Positions 23,493 to 34,354 of a stretch of DNA of 64,000 nucleotides are shown piece by piece. Source of the DNA: an uncultured Planctomycetaceae bacterium. Lineage in GTDB: Bacteria > Planctomycetota > Planctomycetia > Pirellulales > PALSA-1355. A program made the translations under genes and the position numbers. Location: assembly GCA_963785305.1 (NCBI GenBank), contig CAWAUV010000007.1, forward strand, positions 1-64,000. Direction: 5' to 3'. The notes under the pieces were generated by a model that was not told the origin of the DNA, searched no databases, and saw only the letters and a program-made list of their open reading frames with translations. How positions within the stretch are numbered: the stretch's first letter is position 1; every line of letters starts with the position of its first letter.

Positions 23493-24817
23493 GTGAATGC
23501 CGAAATCAAGCGCGCGGCGACCGTCGGGCAGATGTCGTTGCCTTTTTTTTCGGAACTGCTGACCGAAGAGTCGGCGGCGGCGCGCTCGTCCTCGACCACA
23601 TTCGTCGACAATATGAAGCTGCCGGTCCATCGGTGGTTTCGGTAAAGCGCCGGTTTTTCGGCGGAGTGGGTATCCCACGAGCTTCGCCGACGAAAGGCGG
23701 ACGGTCCGCAACGGGTTTTTGACCCATTTTCCGGTTCCGGCACGACGTTGCTTGCGGCCGAGTCCGAAGGCGTTGAAAGCCGCGGAATCGATGCGCATCC
23801 GTTTATCAGCCGGATAGGCGCGGCAAACTCGCATGGCGAACGTGCCCCCAGGCATTTCTCGAAAGGGCCGCAAGAATTCGCCGCGCGGCGAAGTCGATCG
23901 AACCTTCTTTGGATGGTTACCCTGCGTTGATTCTGAAATGTTATGAGCACGGAAACCTCGCCGACCTGGACCGGCTGCGCCGCGCCTATGAAGCGGAGCG
24001 TGATGATTCGCCCGCTTCGAATCTCGCGTGGCTAGCGCTCGTCGCGATTCTTCGCAAGACTTCGACGGCGGGCACCGCCCAATGGCAGTATGTGCTTCCG
24101 CGACAGCAAAAGCGGCTTCCGAAGTCGGCATTCGAGGCGTTCGATGAAATGGTCGGAATCATGCACGCGGACATTTCATTGGGGAAAACAATCAAGGGAC
24201 CGCGAGCGATATTCTCGGAAGACGACGCGCGTACATGCGCGACGATTCCCGACGGCTTCGCAACCCTCGTGATTACCTCGCCTCCCTATCCGAATAACTA
24301 CGACTATGCCGACGCCACGCGGCTGGAAATGTCGTTCATGCAAGAAATCGCGGGCTGGGGCGACTTGCAAGAAAAGATTCGCCGACATTTAGTCCGGTCA
24401 TGTTCGCAGCAAGCGCCGGAACGAGCCATCGACCTCCACGCCGTGCTCGCATCGCAAGTGCTCGAGCCGATTCGGAGCGAATTGAGCGGCGTTTGCGAGC
24501 AACTCGCGCAAATCCGCAAAACCAAGGGCGGCAAGAAGACATATCACCTGATGATCGCCTGCTACTTTCGCGATCTTGCCGACACTTGGCACGCATTGCG
24601 CCGCGTGTGCGCGGAAGACTCGACGTTGTGTTTTGTCATTGGCGATTCGGCGCCCTATGGCGTGTATGTCCCGGTCATGACATGGATGGAGCGACTGGCC
24701 GAGGCCGCGGGTTTCAAGGCGATGCGTTTTGAACGCACCCGTGATCGCAATGTGAAGTGGAAAAACCGAAAACACCGCGTTCCTCTTCAAGAGGGGCGCC
24801 TTTGGGTCGAAGGCTGA
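23493..24817 (+). CDS. Alpha-order amino (likely N4-cytosine) DNA methyltransferase with in-frame TAA at 23643-23645 and a frameshift near 23830
   Basis: PVHRWFR*SAGFS, VFDPFSGSGTT (motif I) then ITSPPY.NNYDY (motif IV), VIGDS. Confidence 0.8.
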
Positions 24818-24818
24818 T

Positions 24819-25712
24819 ATGGCTGGCGCGCCGGGTCACAGGTTCGGACAGATTATCGGCCAGACACTTGAAGCGGCGATTCTACCGCTGGTCGAACAAT
24901 TCGCGCGCGAGCATGACTTATACCTCGACAAAAAAGGCTCGCGGCCATCGCGCCCCGGCGTGAAATGCACTTGGCTAGACGCCAATGGCAACGCCCATGA
25001 CCTGGACTACGTGCTCGAGCGCGGCGGCGCCGAGGACAAGATCGGAATGCCCGCCGCATTCATCGAAATCGCTTGGCGGCGTTATACCAAGCACTCTCGC
25101 AATAAGGCTCAAGAAATTCAAGGCGCCATCGAGCCGCTCGCGGCAGCCTACCGATACGCGAGGCCCTTCAAGGGCGCAATTCTCGCCGGTGTATTCACCG
25201 CCGGCGCCATACAGCAATTGCGCTCGCACGGGTTCAATGTGCTGTACTTGCCGGATGCGACGATCGTCGCCGCGTTCGCCAAATGCGGCATTGACGCGAA
25301 ATCCGATGAGACCACGACCGACGAAGCGCTCCAAGCGAGAGTCGATCAATTCAATGCACTCAGCAAGCCGCGACGCGCACGACTGACGCAACGGATCGTC
25401 GCCAACAATTCGCAGGCAATTTCGACATTCCTCCTCGCCCTCGCACAAGCCATCGGCCGCCAAGTCGAACAAATCATCGTCTTGCCGCTCCATGGCGAGC
25501 CGCAATCGGCCACGACGATCATGGACGCGATTCAATTGCTCGAATCCTATCACGAACATAATGCTTCGCGGCAATTTCAGCGATACGAAATCGAGGTGCG
25601 TTATAACAACGGCGAGACCGTGCATGGTCGTTTCAATGATAAGCTGGGCGCAATTGAATTCCTGCGAGGATTCCAGCCAATAACGGCGCCTGCCACCGAA
25701 CAGGGCGCATAA
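24819..25712 (+). CDS. Putative type II restriction endonuclease
   Basis: Starts 1 nt after the MTase stop; HDLDYV...FIEIAWRRYTKH resembles a variant PD-(D/E)XK centre. Confidence 0.6.
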   Translation: MAGAPGHRFGQIIGQTLEAAILPLVEQFAREHDLYLDKKGSRPSRPGVKCTWLDANGNAHDLDYVLERGGAEDKIGMPAAFIEIAWRRYTKHSRNKAQEIQGAIEPLAAAYRYARPFKGAILAGVFTAGAIQQLRSHGFNVLYLPDATIVAAFAKCGIDAKSDETTTDEALQARVDQFNALSKPRRARLTQRIVANNSQAISTFLLALAQAIGRQVEQIIVLPLHGEPQSATTIMDAIQLLESYHEHNASRQFQRYEIEVRYNNGETVHGRFNDKLGAIEFLRGFQPITAPATEQGA

Positions 25713-25848
25713 CGCCCGGCTTTCGCGCGTCCAACCGCGAATCGCGGCGTCGAGCCACGCTCCGGCGGATTGTTCCTCGCGGCGGTGGGAAGTTATACTC
25801 ATCGCGGCGCTCGGCCATAGCCCTTTCACAAGCCCTTGCGATTGCTTC

Positions 25849-27725
25849 ATGGAAACACGACTGCCGCCGCGGTTTCGCGGAAATCTGGGAGCTTGGATCC
25901 CCGAGTTCATGCATGTGGGCTCCAAGCGCGTCCGCGGGCAAATGCGGCTCGTGGGCCTGTCGAGCTTGGTGGGCGTGGTGGCCGGCCTGGGCGCGGTGGG
26001 ATTTTATATCGCCACCCAGTCGGCTTCGGTCGCGGCGCTCTCCTGGGTCGCCGGGTATCGACCCGAGCCCCATCCAGGCGGCGAGCCTCCGCTCGCTTGG
26101 CTCAAGGCCGGCGACACGCCGTTTCGCCCCTGGTTGCTCGTGGTGCTGCCCACGCTCGGCGGCCTCCTCAGCGGATGGCTCGTGTTTCGCTATGCGCCCG
26201 AGGCCGAAGGCCATGGCACCGATTCGGTGATCGCGGCCTATCATCAGAAGGGCGGCTATATGCGCCGCGCGTGCCGCTGGTCAAGATCGTGGCCAGCGCG
26301 CTCACCATCGGCTCGGGCGGCTCCGGCGGGCGCGAAGGGCCGATCGCGCAAATCGGCGCCGGCTTCGGCTCGATCCTCGCCGGCTTGCTCGGGCTGCGGA
26401 CCGCCGAACGCCGCGTGCTCTTGGCCGCGGGCATGGGCGCGGGCATCGCCGCCGTGTTTCGCGCTCCCTTGGCCGGCGCGCTCTTCGCCGCCGAAGTGCT
26501 CTACTGGTCGCCGGAGTTCGAGCCCGAGGTGATTATGCCGGCCGGCATCGCGAGCGTGATTTCGTATTGCGTGTTTGGCACCTTCGCCGGCTGGAGCCCG
26601 CTGTTTCAGATTCCGGCGTTTTCGTTCAAGCAGCCGCGACACCTGATCTTCGACTCGCTGCTGATCGTGGCGATGATTCTGCTGGCGTCGCTCTATGTGC
26701 GCACATTTTACGGCGTGACTCGGCTGTTTCATCGCCTGCCGATACCGCGCACGCTGAAGCCGGCCTTGGGCGGACTCATTAGCGGCCTGATTGGAGTGGG
26801 GCTTTACTACGGCTTTGGCCGCGAGCAGCAACTTTTGGCGGTGCTGTCGTTTGGCTATCAATCGTTGCAAGCCTCGGTTTCACCCGATGTGACCTTGGGC
26901 GCTGGAGTGTTGGCCGCGATCGCGATTGGCAAGATATTCACGACCAGCATGACGATCGGCTCCGGCGGATCGGGCGGCGTGTTTGGACCCTCGATGGTCA
27001 TCGGTGGTTGCGGCGCCGGCGCGGTGGCGCTCCTCTGTTCCGGGCTAGGGCCCGACTGGCGGCCCGAGGTGGGCAACTGCGTGATCGTGGGCATGGCGGC
27101 GTTTTTCGCCGCGGTGGCCAAGACTCCTTTTTCCACGCTGATCATGGTGAGCGAAATGACCGGAGGCTACGACCTCTTGCTGCCCACGCTCTGGGTCTGC
27201 GTGCTGGGGTTCATGCTCTCGGACAATCGCTCGATCTATTCGTCGCAGGTCGAGAGCCGATCGCTGTCGCCGGCGCATCAGGGCAATTTTGCCCGCAACG
27301 CCCTGCAAGGCGTGTTTGTGCGCGATTTCTTCAAACCGCTTGATCCGCTGCCGGTCGTGAGGCCGCAAGACACGATGTACGCCGTGGCCCGGCTGCTGGA
27401 AGAGTCGGATCTGCCGGTGTTGCCGGTCGTCGATTTGGATAATCGGCTGCTGGGCGTTATCGACGCCGCCGACTTGCGGTGGAACGCCGCTGGCGACTCG
27501 GGCGCCTGGCTCGTGGCCGACGATGTGGTGCGCACCGATGTCGATCCGCTGGAGCTCGATTTCGAGCTGGATCGGGCGCTCGCCTTGTTTATCGAATGCG
27601 ACCTTTTGGCGCTGCCCGTGGTCGACAATTCGCGCGATCGCCGAGTGATTGGCGTGGTGCGGCGGGCCGATATTTCAAGCGGATATGTGCGGCGCATTCA
27701 AGGCAATCCGGCCCCCTTGGGGTGA
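25849..27725 (+). CDS. ClC chloride channel/antiporter with CBS domains; frameshift near 26265
   Basis: GHG, GREGP, GGVFGP and VSEMTG motifs; two C-terminal CBS repeats. Confidence 0.9.
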
Positions 27726-27902
27726 ACGGGCCGATGGCCGAGCACATGAACCGCGAGGGCGTCGCCGCGGTCGGAAGCCGGCAAATCACGATTTTCCGCC
27801 GCTTTTTGGTGGTCTCTGCCCCGGCCTACCGGCCATAATGACGCGACGTTTTTCGTCGGGCAATTCCTTCGCCCGGCGCCATCATCCAAGAGGAGCTTTG
27901 CA

Positions 27903-28619
27903 ATGGTTCATAGAAGTCTTTCGCTGACACTGGCTTGTTGCGCTGGGGCCGTGGCGGGATTTTCTCGCGGCGATGATGCGCCCGAGGCGAAGACCTTCAT
28001 GGCCCAGCGGGGGGCGATCGTGTTTTCCGACGCGATGGACCAGCCGCTCGCCGCGCCTTGGAAAACGATCAAGGGCACATGGAAGGCCGAGGGCGGGGCG
28101 ATGCATGTGAGCGAGATCGCGTCGGAAATGCACGGCGCCGTGGCCCGCCGCCCGCTGGCGAAACAAGACTTCATCGTGCAATACGCGATTCGTTTCGATG
28201 GCGGCAAGCAATCGTCGCTCAGCATCAACGATCCCAAGGGCCACTGCTGCCGAGTGGCGATGAACCCGATGTCGCTCACCGTGATGAAGGATTCACACGA
28301 TCACAACATGGAAGACAAGTCGCAAAAGCTTGACATGCAAAAGTTCTCCATGGCGCCGGACGAGTGGCATACCGTGGTGGTGGAAATCGTGGGCCCGGAG
28401 ATCGTGGCCAGCGTCGATGGCGAGCATGTGGCGTATGGCTCGCATGCGTCGATCGACGTCGCGAAGAAAGACATGGGGCTCACCGTGGCCGGCGACTCGG
28501 TGACGTTCAAGGACCTGCGCGTCTGGGAAGCGACGCCCAAGGCCGATTGGCAATCGACCAAGACCCAACTCCCACCCCGCGCGACCCAACCGGCCACGAC
28601 AAAACCCGCGACCCAGTGA
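27903..28619 (+). CDS. Secreted hypothetical protein (beta-sandwich/lectin-like)
   Basis: Signal peptide; W..WHTVVVEIVG..IVASVDG pattern. Confidence 0.65.
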   Translation: MVHRSLSLTLACCAGAVAGFSRGDDAPEAKTFMAQRGAIVFSDAMDQPLAAPWKTIKGTWKAEGGAMHVSEIASEMHGAVARRPLAKQDFIVQYAIRFDGGKQSSLSINDPKGHCCRVAMNPMSLTVMKDSHDHNMEDKSQKLDMQKFSMAPDEWHTVVVEIVGPEIVASVDGEHVAYGSHASIDVAKKDMGLTVAGDSVTFKDLRVWEATPKADWQSTKTQLPPRATQPATTKPATQ

Positions 28620-28703
28620 AATGCGGCGCATGCTGGGTTTTGCATGCTTGCCGCCAGGATGAAACATTAGCGGTCGGGCGCTGGCGGATCAGCCGATTGG
28701 GAG

Positions 28704-29035
28704 GTAACTGTTAAGCCGTGGCGTGGCCTGGGCGCGGGGGGGCGGTGGCGATATTGGCGGGGATCGCGGGCGAGGAATTTCCGGGGATGGGTCGCGGCGG
28801 CGATCCTGTTCGCCACGCCGCGCATCGCTGGCCGAGCGGGTTTTCTTGCGCCGCTGCAAAAACTTTTGGACTTGCTGTTCGAGTTGCTCGACGCGCTTGC
28901 GCAGCGTGATATTCTCCGCCTGCAACCGGGCGATTTCCGCTTCCAACTCGGCGATCCGTCGATCTCGATCATCCATGATCCAATCAATGTGACCGAAAAC
29001 CCAATTTCGGGAAAGAGGAAATGCTTAACAGTTAC
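28704..29035 (-). mobile_element. Internally deleted IS66-family derivative (332 bp)
   Basis: Perfect 13-bp TIR GTAACTGTTAAGC / GCTTAACAGTTAC; coiled-coil transposase N-terminus fused to an ...RLNSY C-terminus; no catalytic domain; no TSD. Confidence 0.75.
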
Positions 29036-29160
29036 GCACCGAGCACGTGCTCGAAGGCTTCGTAATGCGCGTCGTTGCGGAATATCTTGGCCCGGGAAGT
29101 CGCTCGATTCAGGGCATGGTAGACGCCGCCAGCTTCGTCGGCTCGTGGTGGTTGTGGCAT
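29036..29160 (-). pseudogene. N-terminal remnant of a RAYT-like Y1/HUH transposase (IS200/IS605 TnpA superfamily)
   Basis: Manual translation MPQPPRADEAGGVYHALNRATSRAKIFRNDAHYEAFEHVLG fits the MPR.PR...G..YH..NRG....IF....DY..F pattern; cut off by the IS66 TIR. Confidence 0.75.
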
Positions 29161-29201
29161 GGCCGCCAGCCTACCAACAACCGCCAGCAAAATCAATGAA
29201 T

Positions 29202-31136
29202 ATCGCGGTAGGGATGGCCCTTTCGGGCCACCCCCCGCACAGATCCGTACGTGCGGAACTACCGCATACGGCTCCTACCTTGGATACAAACGATCAAACC
29301 GCACTTCGGGATAAGGATGCAGGATTTTCGGGGTGGGAAGCCATCGTTTGCAAAGCTGCGAGAACTTCCGCCAGGTCATCCGGCGTCCGCGTTGGCTGCG
29401 TCGCCGCAGCATGCGGAGCCAGAGTTTCTGGAGCGCCGTGCGGAATTGTTGCAATCGCACCGAGTTGCCGGGAATCGCATGGTAATTGAGCCATCCCCGG
29501 TAAACGCTCGATAGCCATGGCCCGACTTGCGCCAAGTCCATGTGCATTTTCCCGCGCAGCGCTTCTTTCAGTTCGCGCAGTTTGCCACGAAACTTCTTGG
29601 CCGATGAGATGCGGCGAATGGTGAATTCGCCCTTCCGGGTCACGCCACTGATGTGGGTGAAGCCCAGGAAGTCGAATGTCTCCGGTGGGCCATCGCCACG
29701 CTTCGATCGTCGTTCGGCCGCATAGCGTCCGAACTCGATCAGCCGCGTCTTCTCCGGGTGCAGTTCCAAACCGAATTTGGTGAAGCGTTCCCGGAGCGCC
29801 GCCAGGCAGCGTCGCGCGTCGGACTCCTCGCGGAATCCGACTACGAAATCGTCCGCATAGCGCACGATGATGACCTCGCCCACGGCATGGCGTTTCCGCC
29901 ACGCCACCAGCCACAGGTCCAGAACATAGTGCAAGAACACGTTCGAATAGAGCGGCGAAATCACCGCTCCTTGAGGTGTTCCCACGGTGCTCGGGGACCA
30001 TTCGCCATCTTCCGACACTCCGGCTCGAAGCCATTTCTTCAGCAGCCGAAGCAGTCGTCGGTCGGCGATCCGATGCTCCAGGAACTTCATCAACCATGCG
30101 TGGTCGATGTTGTCGAAGAAGCCGCGGATGTCCGCATCCAAAATCCAGTTCACTTTCCGCTTCTTGATGCCCACGTAGAGCGCGTCCAAGGCTCGGTGAC
30201 AGCTTCGTCCAGGACGAAAGCCGTAACTGAAACCCAGAAAGTCCTCTTCGTAGATGCACTCCAGGATCGTCCGTACGGCTTGCTGGACGATCTTGTCCTC
30301 CAGCGCCGCGATCCCGAGGGGCCGCGGCTTGCCGTCGAGCTTGGGAATCCAAGTTCGCTTGGACGGCCTGGCTCGATAGGCTCCCCGATGGATTCGACTG
30401 TGCGGATCGTCGATCCGCGTTTCGAAATCGGTGGCGTATTGAGCCCATGTCAGGCCATCGACGCCGGGCGCGGCTTGCTTCTTCAGGTCGAAGAAACTCG
30501 CCACCAGCAGTTCGGGCGTGACATGGTTCAGCAGATTGTTGAACCGCATCTTCTTGTCGCGTTGTGCCGCTTCTCGCACGCCCAGCAGTCCGCGCGACCT
30601 GGGAGCCCGGCGTGTGTCCGGTCCAGTAGCGACTGCTCGGCGTTCTCCTCGGTCAGCTCCCTTCCCTCCACGGGCTCCGCCGACAGCGGCACGCCATCGT
30701 TGTTCGCCTGCTTCTTTGGTACTATGGAACTGTCTGACTTCCCGGGAACGTGCATGTCGGACTTGTGGCCTCGCGCCTTCTCCGACCGATCCGCTTCAAG
30801 CGAAGCGGATGTTCCCGGGATCTCCCGGCTTCCGCGAGAAAAGTTTCCGGCCGTGCGGGTGGTCTCAGACTCCGTGGGGGAGACGTCGGACTCGCCATGA
30901 TCGTTCGACATCACTGTTGCCTTCCCGCATGTATCGAGCGACGGGGTCAGGACAAGGTCGGCCACCGCAGAAGAATGTTTTCGGAGCTCGATACACCGCC
31001 CGGCCGTGCCTCTGTGAACGCTTCGCCCTGCCAGTTGCCCGACACGACGCATCACTCGAGGCCGAGGTGGCTGGCTAGGCCTTGCCTCGTGCGACTCTTT
31101 CATTCGCTACTCTCCTCCGGCTTCGCGCCGGCGCAC
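29202..31136 (-). mobile_element. Group II intron (IIB-like), 1935 nt
   Basis: 5' GTGCG at 31136; domain V GAGCCGTATGCGGTAGTTCCGCACGTACGGATC; domain VI ending CCCTACCGCGAT at 29202; internal RT ORF. Confidence 0.92.
29275..30579 (-). CDS. ltrA: Group II intron reverse transcriptase/maturase with no endonuclease domain
   Basis: APGVDG, RPLGI, GFRPGR, GTPQG, YADD and FDFLGF motifs, then domain X; true start may lie further upstream. Confidence 0.93.
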   Translation of the reverse strand: MREAAQRDKKMRFNNLLNHVTPELLVASFFDLKKQAAPGVDGLTWAQYATDFETRIDDPHSRIHRGAYRARPSKRTWIPKLDGKPRPLGIAALEDKIVQQAVRTILECIYEEDFLGFSYGFRPGRSCHRALDALYVGIKKRKVNWILDADIRGFFDNIDHAWLMKFLEHRIADRRLLRLLKKWLRAGVSEDGEWSPSTVGTPQGAVISPLYSNVFLHYVLDLWLVAWRKRHAVGEVIIVRYADDFVVGFREESDARRCLAALRERFTKFGLELHPEKTRLIEFGRYAAERRSKRGDGPPETFDFLGFTHISGVTRKGEFTIRRISSAKKFRGKLRELKEALRGKMHMDLAQVGPWLSSVYRGWLNYHAIPGNSVRLQQFRTALQKLWLRMLRRRSQRGRRMTWRKFSQLCKRWLPTPKILHPYPEVRFDRLYPR

Positions 31137-31162
31137 CCTGACCACTCGGAAACGATTCTCTC

Positions 31163-32183
31163 ATGTGCTGGATGGCTCTGCTGACCTTGCTGGTATGGTG
31201 GCGAAGATCGCCCGATATCCGCCTGCTGCTCGAGATTCTCGCGCTGCGGCAACAACTGGCGATTTACCGGCGATCCGGCATGCGGCCCAGGCTGCGGGTT
31301 CGGGATCGTGTGTTTTGGGTCGGGCTCAAGCGGTTCTGGTCCGGCTGGCGAACGGCGCTCGTGATCGTTCAGCCGGATACGGTCGCGCGTTGGCATCGCG
31401 CGGGGTTTCGACTGTTCTGGCGCTGGAAGTCGCGCTCGCGCAAGAATGGGCGGCCCCGAGTTGCGCATGAAATCCGCGAGTTGATTCGCCGCCTGAGTCG
31501 CGAGAATCCTCGTTGGGGCGCGCTGCGCATTCAAGCCGAATTGAAACTGCTCGGATACAACGTCGCCGAATCGACGGTGAGCAAGTATCGTGTTCGTGGA
31601 TCGAATCCGTCTTCGCCGACGTGGAAGACGTTTTTGCAAAACCATCTGGGCGAACTGGTCGCGATCGACTTCCTCACCGTGCCGACCGCCACCTTTCGCG
31701 TGCTCTATGTCTTCGTCGTGCTCGAAGTCAAGCGGCGTCGCGTCGTGCATTTCAATGTCACGGCCAATCCATCGGCCGAGTGGAGCGCCCAGCAAATCGT
31801 CGAGGCGTTTCCTTATGACTCGGCGCCGCGCTACTTGCAACGCGATCGCGATGGAATCTATGGCGATGTGTTCCAACGACGAATCGAGAATCTGGGAATC
31901 GAACAAGTGGTGAGCGCGCCGCGCTCGCCTTGGCAAAATCCCTACGTCGAACGACTGATCGGCTCGATCCGCCGCGAATGCCTCGATCACGTCATCGTGC
32001 TCGGCGAGGCACTTGAAACGCATTCTGTCCGACTACTTCGACTACTACAACAATTCAAGAACCCATCTTTCCCTCGACCGCAACGCCCCCAACTCTCGCG
32101 AGGTCGAACCGCCCGAGCGCGGTCCGGTGCGCTCCATTCCCCAAGTCGGCGGCCTCCATCACCGCTACACCCGCGCCGCCTGA
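31163..32183 (+). CDS. Integrase-core (rve) DDE transposase, IS481/IS3-like; frameshift near 32010; element right end about 32392
   Basis: ENPRWG, AIDF, RDRD, PWQNPYVER and GGLHHRY motifs; downstream end ...TTTTTGGGAGGGACA. Confidence 0.85.
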
Positions 32184-32420
32184 CGCCGCCTCGCGCCCTC
32201 GCGCTTCACGAACTTCAACCACGGCCATCACGCCGAAGGGAAGGCCGCGCACCGAGGCGGAAAAACAGGACCTCCGGGCCTGTTTTTAATCCAATGTCGG
32301 CGATTTTTCTTGAGCCGCGCCGAAACCAAACCCGCGAAATCAACCCTACTCGGCATCACCATTCCCCTCCGACGAGGTTTTTGGGAGGGACAGGGACAAG
32401 GGACACCACGGGATGGCGAT

Positions 32421-33125
32421 TCATTTCGCGTTCCGCAGGCGACTCTTGATCTTCCGAATCGCTTTGCGAAACTCGATCTTTTCCCAACCTTTGACCTGAT
32501 CCACGCGATCCTGCAATGCCTGCAACTCGGCCTCGCCGCCGATTTCGGCGAGCGCGGCGGCAACATGGCCTGGAAGCTCGCCGAGCAACGACAGCAGTAT
32601 CGGTCTCGCCGTTTCGCCTGGCGCCAACCGTGCCAGCGCGAGCACCAGCATTTGCCGCGCGCTCCCGAAAACTCGGTTTCCCACAGCTTCGATTAGCCAG
32701 CCCGTTATTCCGAAGGGCGTTGCTTCCGCCATTGTGTTTGCGATGGGCCAGCGCAGCGTTTCAGACGAGTCCGCCATGAACGCGTCGACCAGCGGCCTGC
32801 CATCAAACGGTTCTTCGGCGGCCCCCAACGCCCGGATCACCGACTCTTTGACACGGTCCTCCGCAACACGCGGCAGCCAATGCAGCAAAACCGCGACAAT
32901 CCGCGACGGCAACGGCGCATACTGCTGAGTCATCTCCTCGATGGAATCCGCATCGACGCCTGCTCGCCGCAGATCCTCCGTGATAGGTCGCTCAATCTCA
33001 TCCAGTCGCGCCTTTCGCTCAGCGAAACGACGATCCTTTTCCGCCCGCATTCGCTGGAATTCCGGGTCCGCGGCAAGCTGAGCCATTAGTTCCGCCGCCG
33101 TCATCGGACGTGTGAATTTTTTCAT
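32421..33125 (-). CDS. Putative immunity protein (alpha-helical, HEAT-repeat-like)
   Basis: ATGA overlap with the toxin stop codon; helical ALG/ALA repeats. Confidence 0.7.
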   Translation of the reverse strand: MKKFTRPMTAAELMAQLAADPEFQRMRAEKDRRFAERKARLDEIERPITEDLRRAGVDADSIEEMTQQYAPLPSRIVAVLLHWLPRVAEDRVKESVIRALGAAEEPFDGRPLVDAFMADSSETLRWPIANTMAEATPFGITGWLIEAVGNRVFGSARQMLVLALARLAPGETARPILLSLLGELPGHVAAALAEIGGEAELQALQDRVDQVKGWEKIEFRKAIRKIKSRLRNAK

Positions 33126-34300
33126 GTTGTCCTCAATCTTGGCAAATATTGTAGCGTGATCTTCCCCGCGTTGATCGCCGCCAACAAAGGCTCGGAAAGG
33201 ACAGTGTTCTGCCGAACAACAAGCACGAACTCACGACCGGTCATCATCGCGAAGTGTAACGAATCTTGAAGTTGCTGGGAAAAACCCAGCTCAGCGACAT
33301 TCTTCACTTCCGTCAACGTTGTCCGAGTGAGTCCATCGGGCACGCGATACTTCTTCGCGCCGAAAGGCTGTCAATTCGAGAAGTGTTCTTCGCAATGCCG
33401 GACGCTTCTTCACCGGCTTGCCCCCATTCACGCGCTAGCACCGTGCCACTGTTTGGAGCATTGCCACCCGAGCACCGCGCGTTATTATGCACCAGCACGG
33501 AGCCGCGGCCGACGGCGTAGTTGTGCAGGCCGTCGACCTGGAAATTATAGACCTTGACGGCGACAAGTTGAACCTCGATGGCTTCGATCGAGGCTTGGCG
33601 GCCGTCCTTCAAGAGCGCCAGATCGCCGCGTTCGAGGTCGCCGGCGTCGACCCAGCGGCCGGGCAGCGTTCCGCCCTCGGCCATCGCCGCCGCCACGTGC
33701 TCCGGCGTCGGCCGATCGGCGAGATTCTTTCCTTCCGCCACCCAGAACGGATGATGCCGGGTCGACTCGACCCACTCGCCGGCGACCATCACGCGAATCG
33801 TCTCGCCGACATAATCGGTGACGTAGGTCTCGATGACGTCGCGCAGTTCCCACTTGCTCGTGGTCAAGTCGCAGGCCCAAACGCGATCGCCGGGCAGAAC
33901 GATCTCGATCCGCTTGTGGCCGAGTTCGGTGGCCACCGGCGTGCCCGGGAAGAAGCAGCCGCCCTTGATGGCGGGAATGGACGCGAGGGCTTGGCCGCCG
34001 AGTTGGACGACGTTCGCGAGGCTCGGGCCGTTCTCGTAGATGTCGATCGCCGCGCGGGCGGTGTCGGCCGCGTCGCTCGCGGTTTCGTAGGCCCGAATGC
34101 CGGCGCTGGCCACCTTGGCGATATTGCCGCCTTTCGAGAGCGCGAGCAGCGCCGCCGGTGGCGACGCCCACGAAGACCGACGCGCCGGCGTTGGCGAACG
34201 CCTCGGCCGTGCCGTAGCCCCGCTCCATATCGGCCTTGGTGACTTCGAGCAGGTTGTCGCCCTCGACGAAGCCGACCGTGGCCGACGAGACGATCGCCTT
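33122..34300 (-). pseudogene. 5'-truncated polymorphic toxin tip: pre-toxin region, PT-HINT domain and Tox-REase-7-like nuclease (two frameshifts)
   Basis: HINT CFFPGTPV...YNFQV...VLVHN; toxin GQAGE...YRVPDGL...EVKNV...QLQD. Confidence 0.85.
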
Positions 34301-34313
34301 GGGTCAATCCAAA

Positions 34314-34334
34314 GGGGTCAGGAGTCATTGATTT
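34314..34334 (+). repeat. Intact copy of the Y1-transposase-proximal motif GGGGTCAGGAGTCATTGATTT
   Basis: 18/19 identical (inverted) to the intron's rejoined exons 29190-29201 + 31137-31143. Confidence 0.8.
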
Positions 34335-34354
34335 AACTGATAACCGGTGTTTGA

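Noticed and set aside
29275..30579. RT as a retron, DGR or defence RT
   Set aside because: It lies inside clear group II intron boundaries (GTGCG start, domains V and VI) and has a maturase domain.
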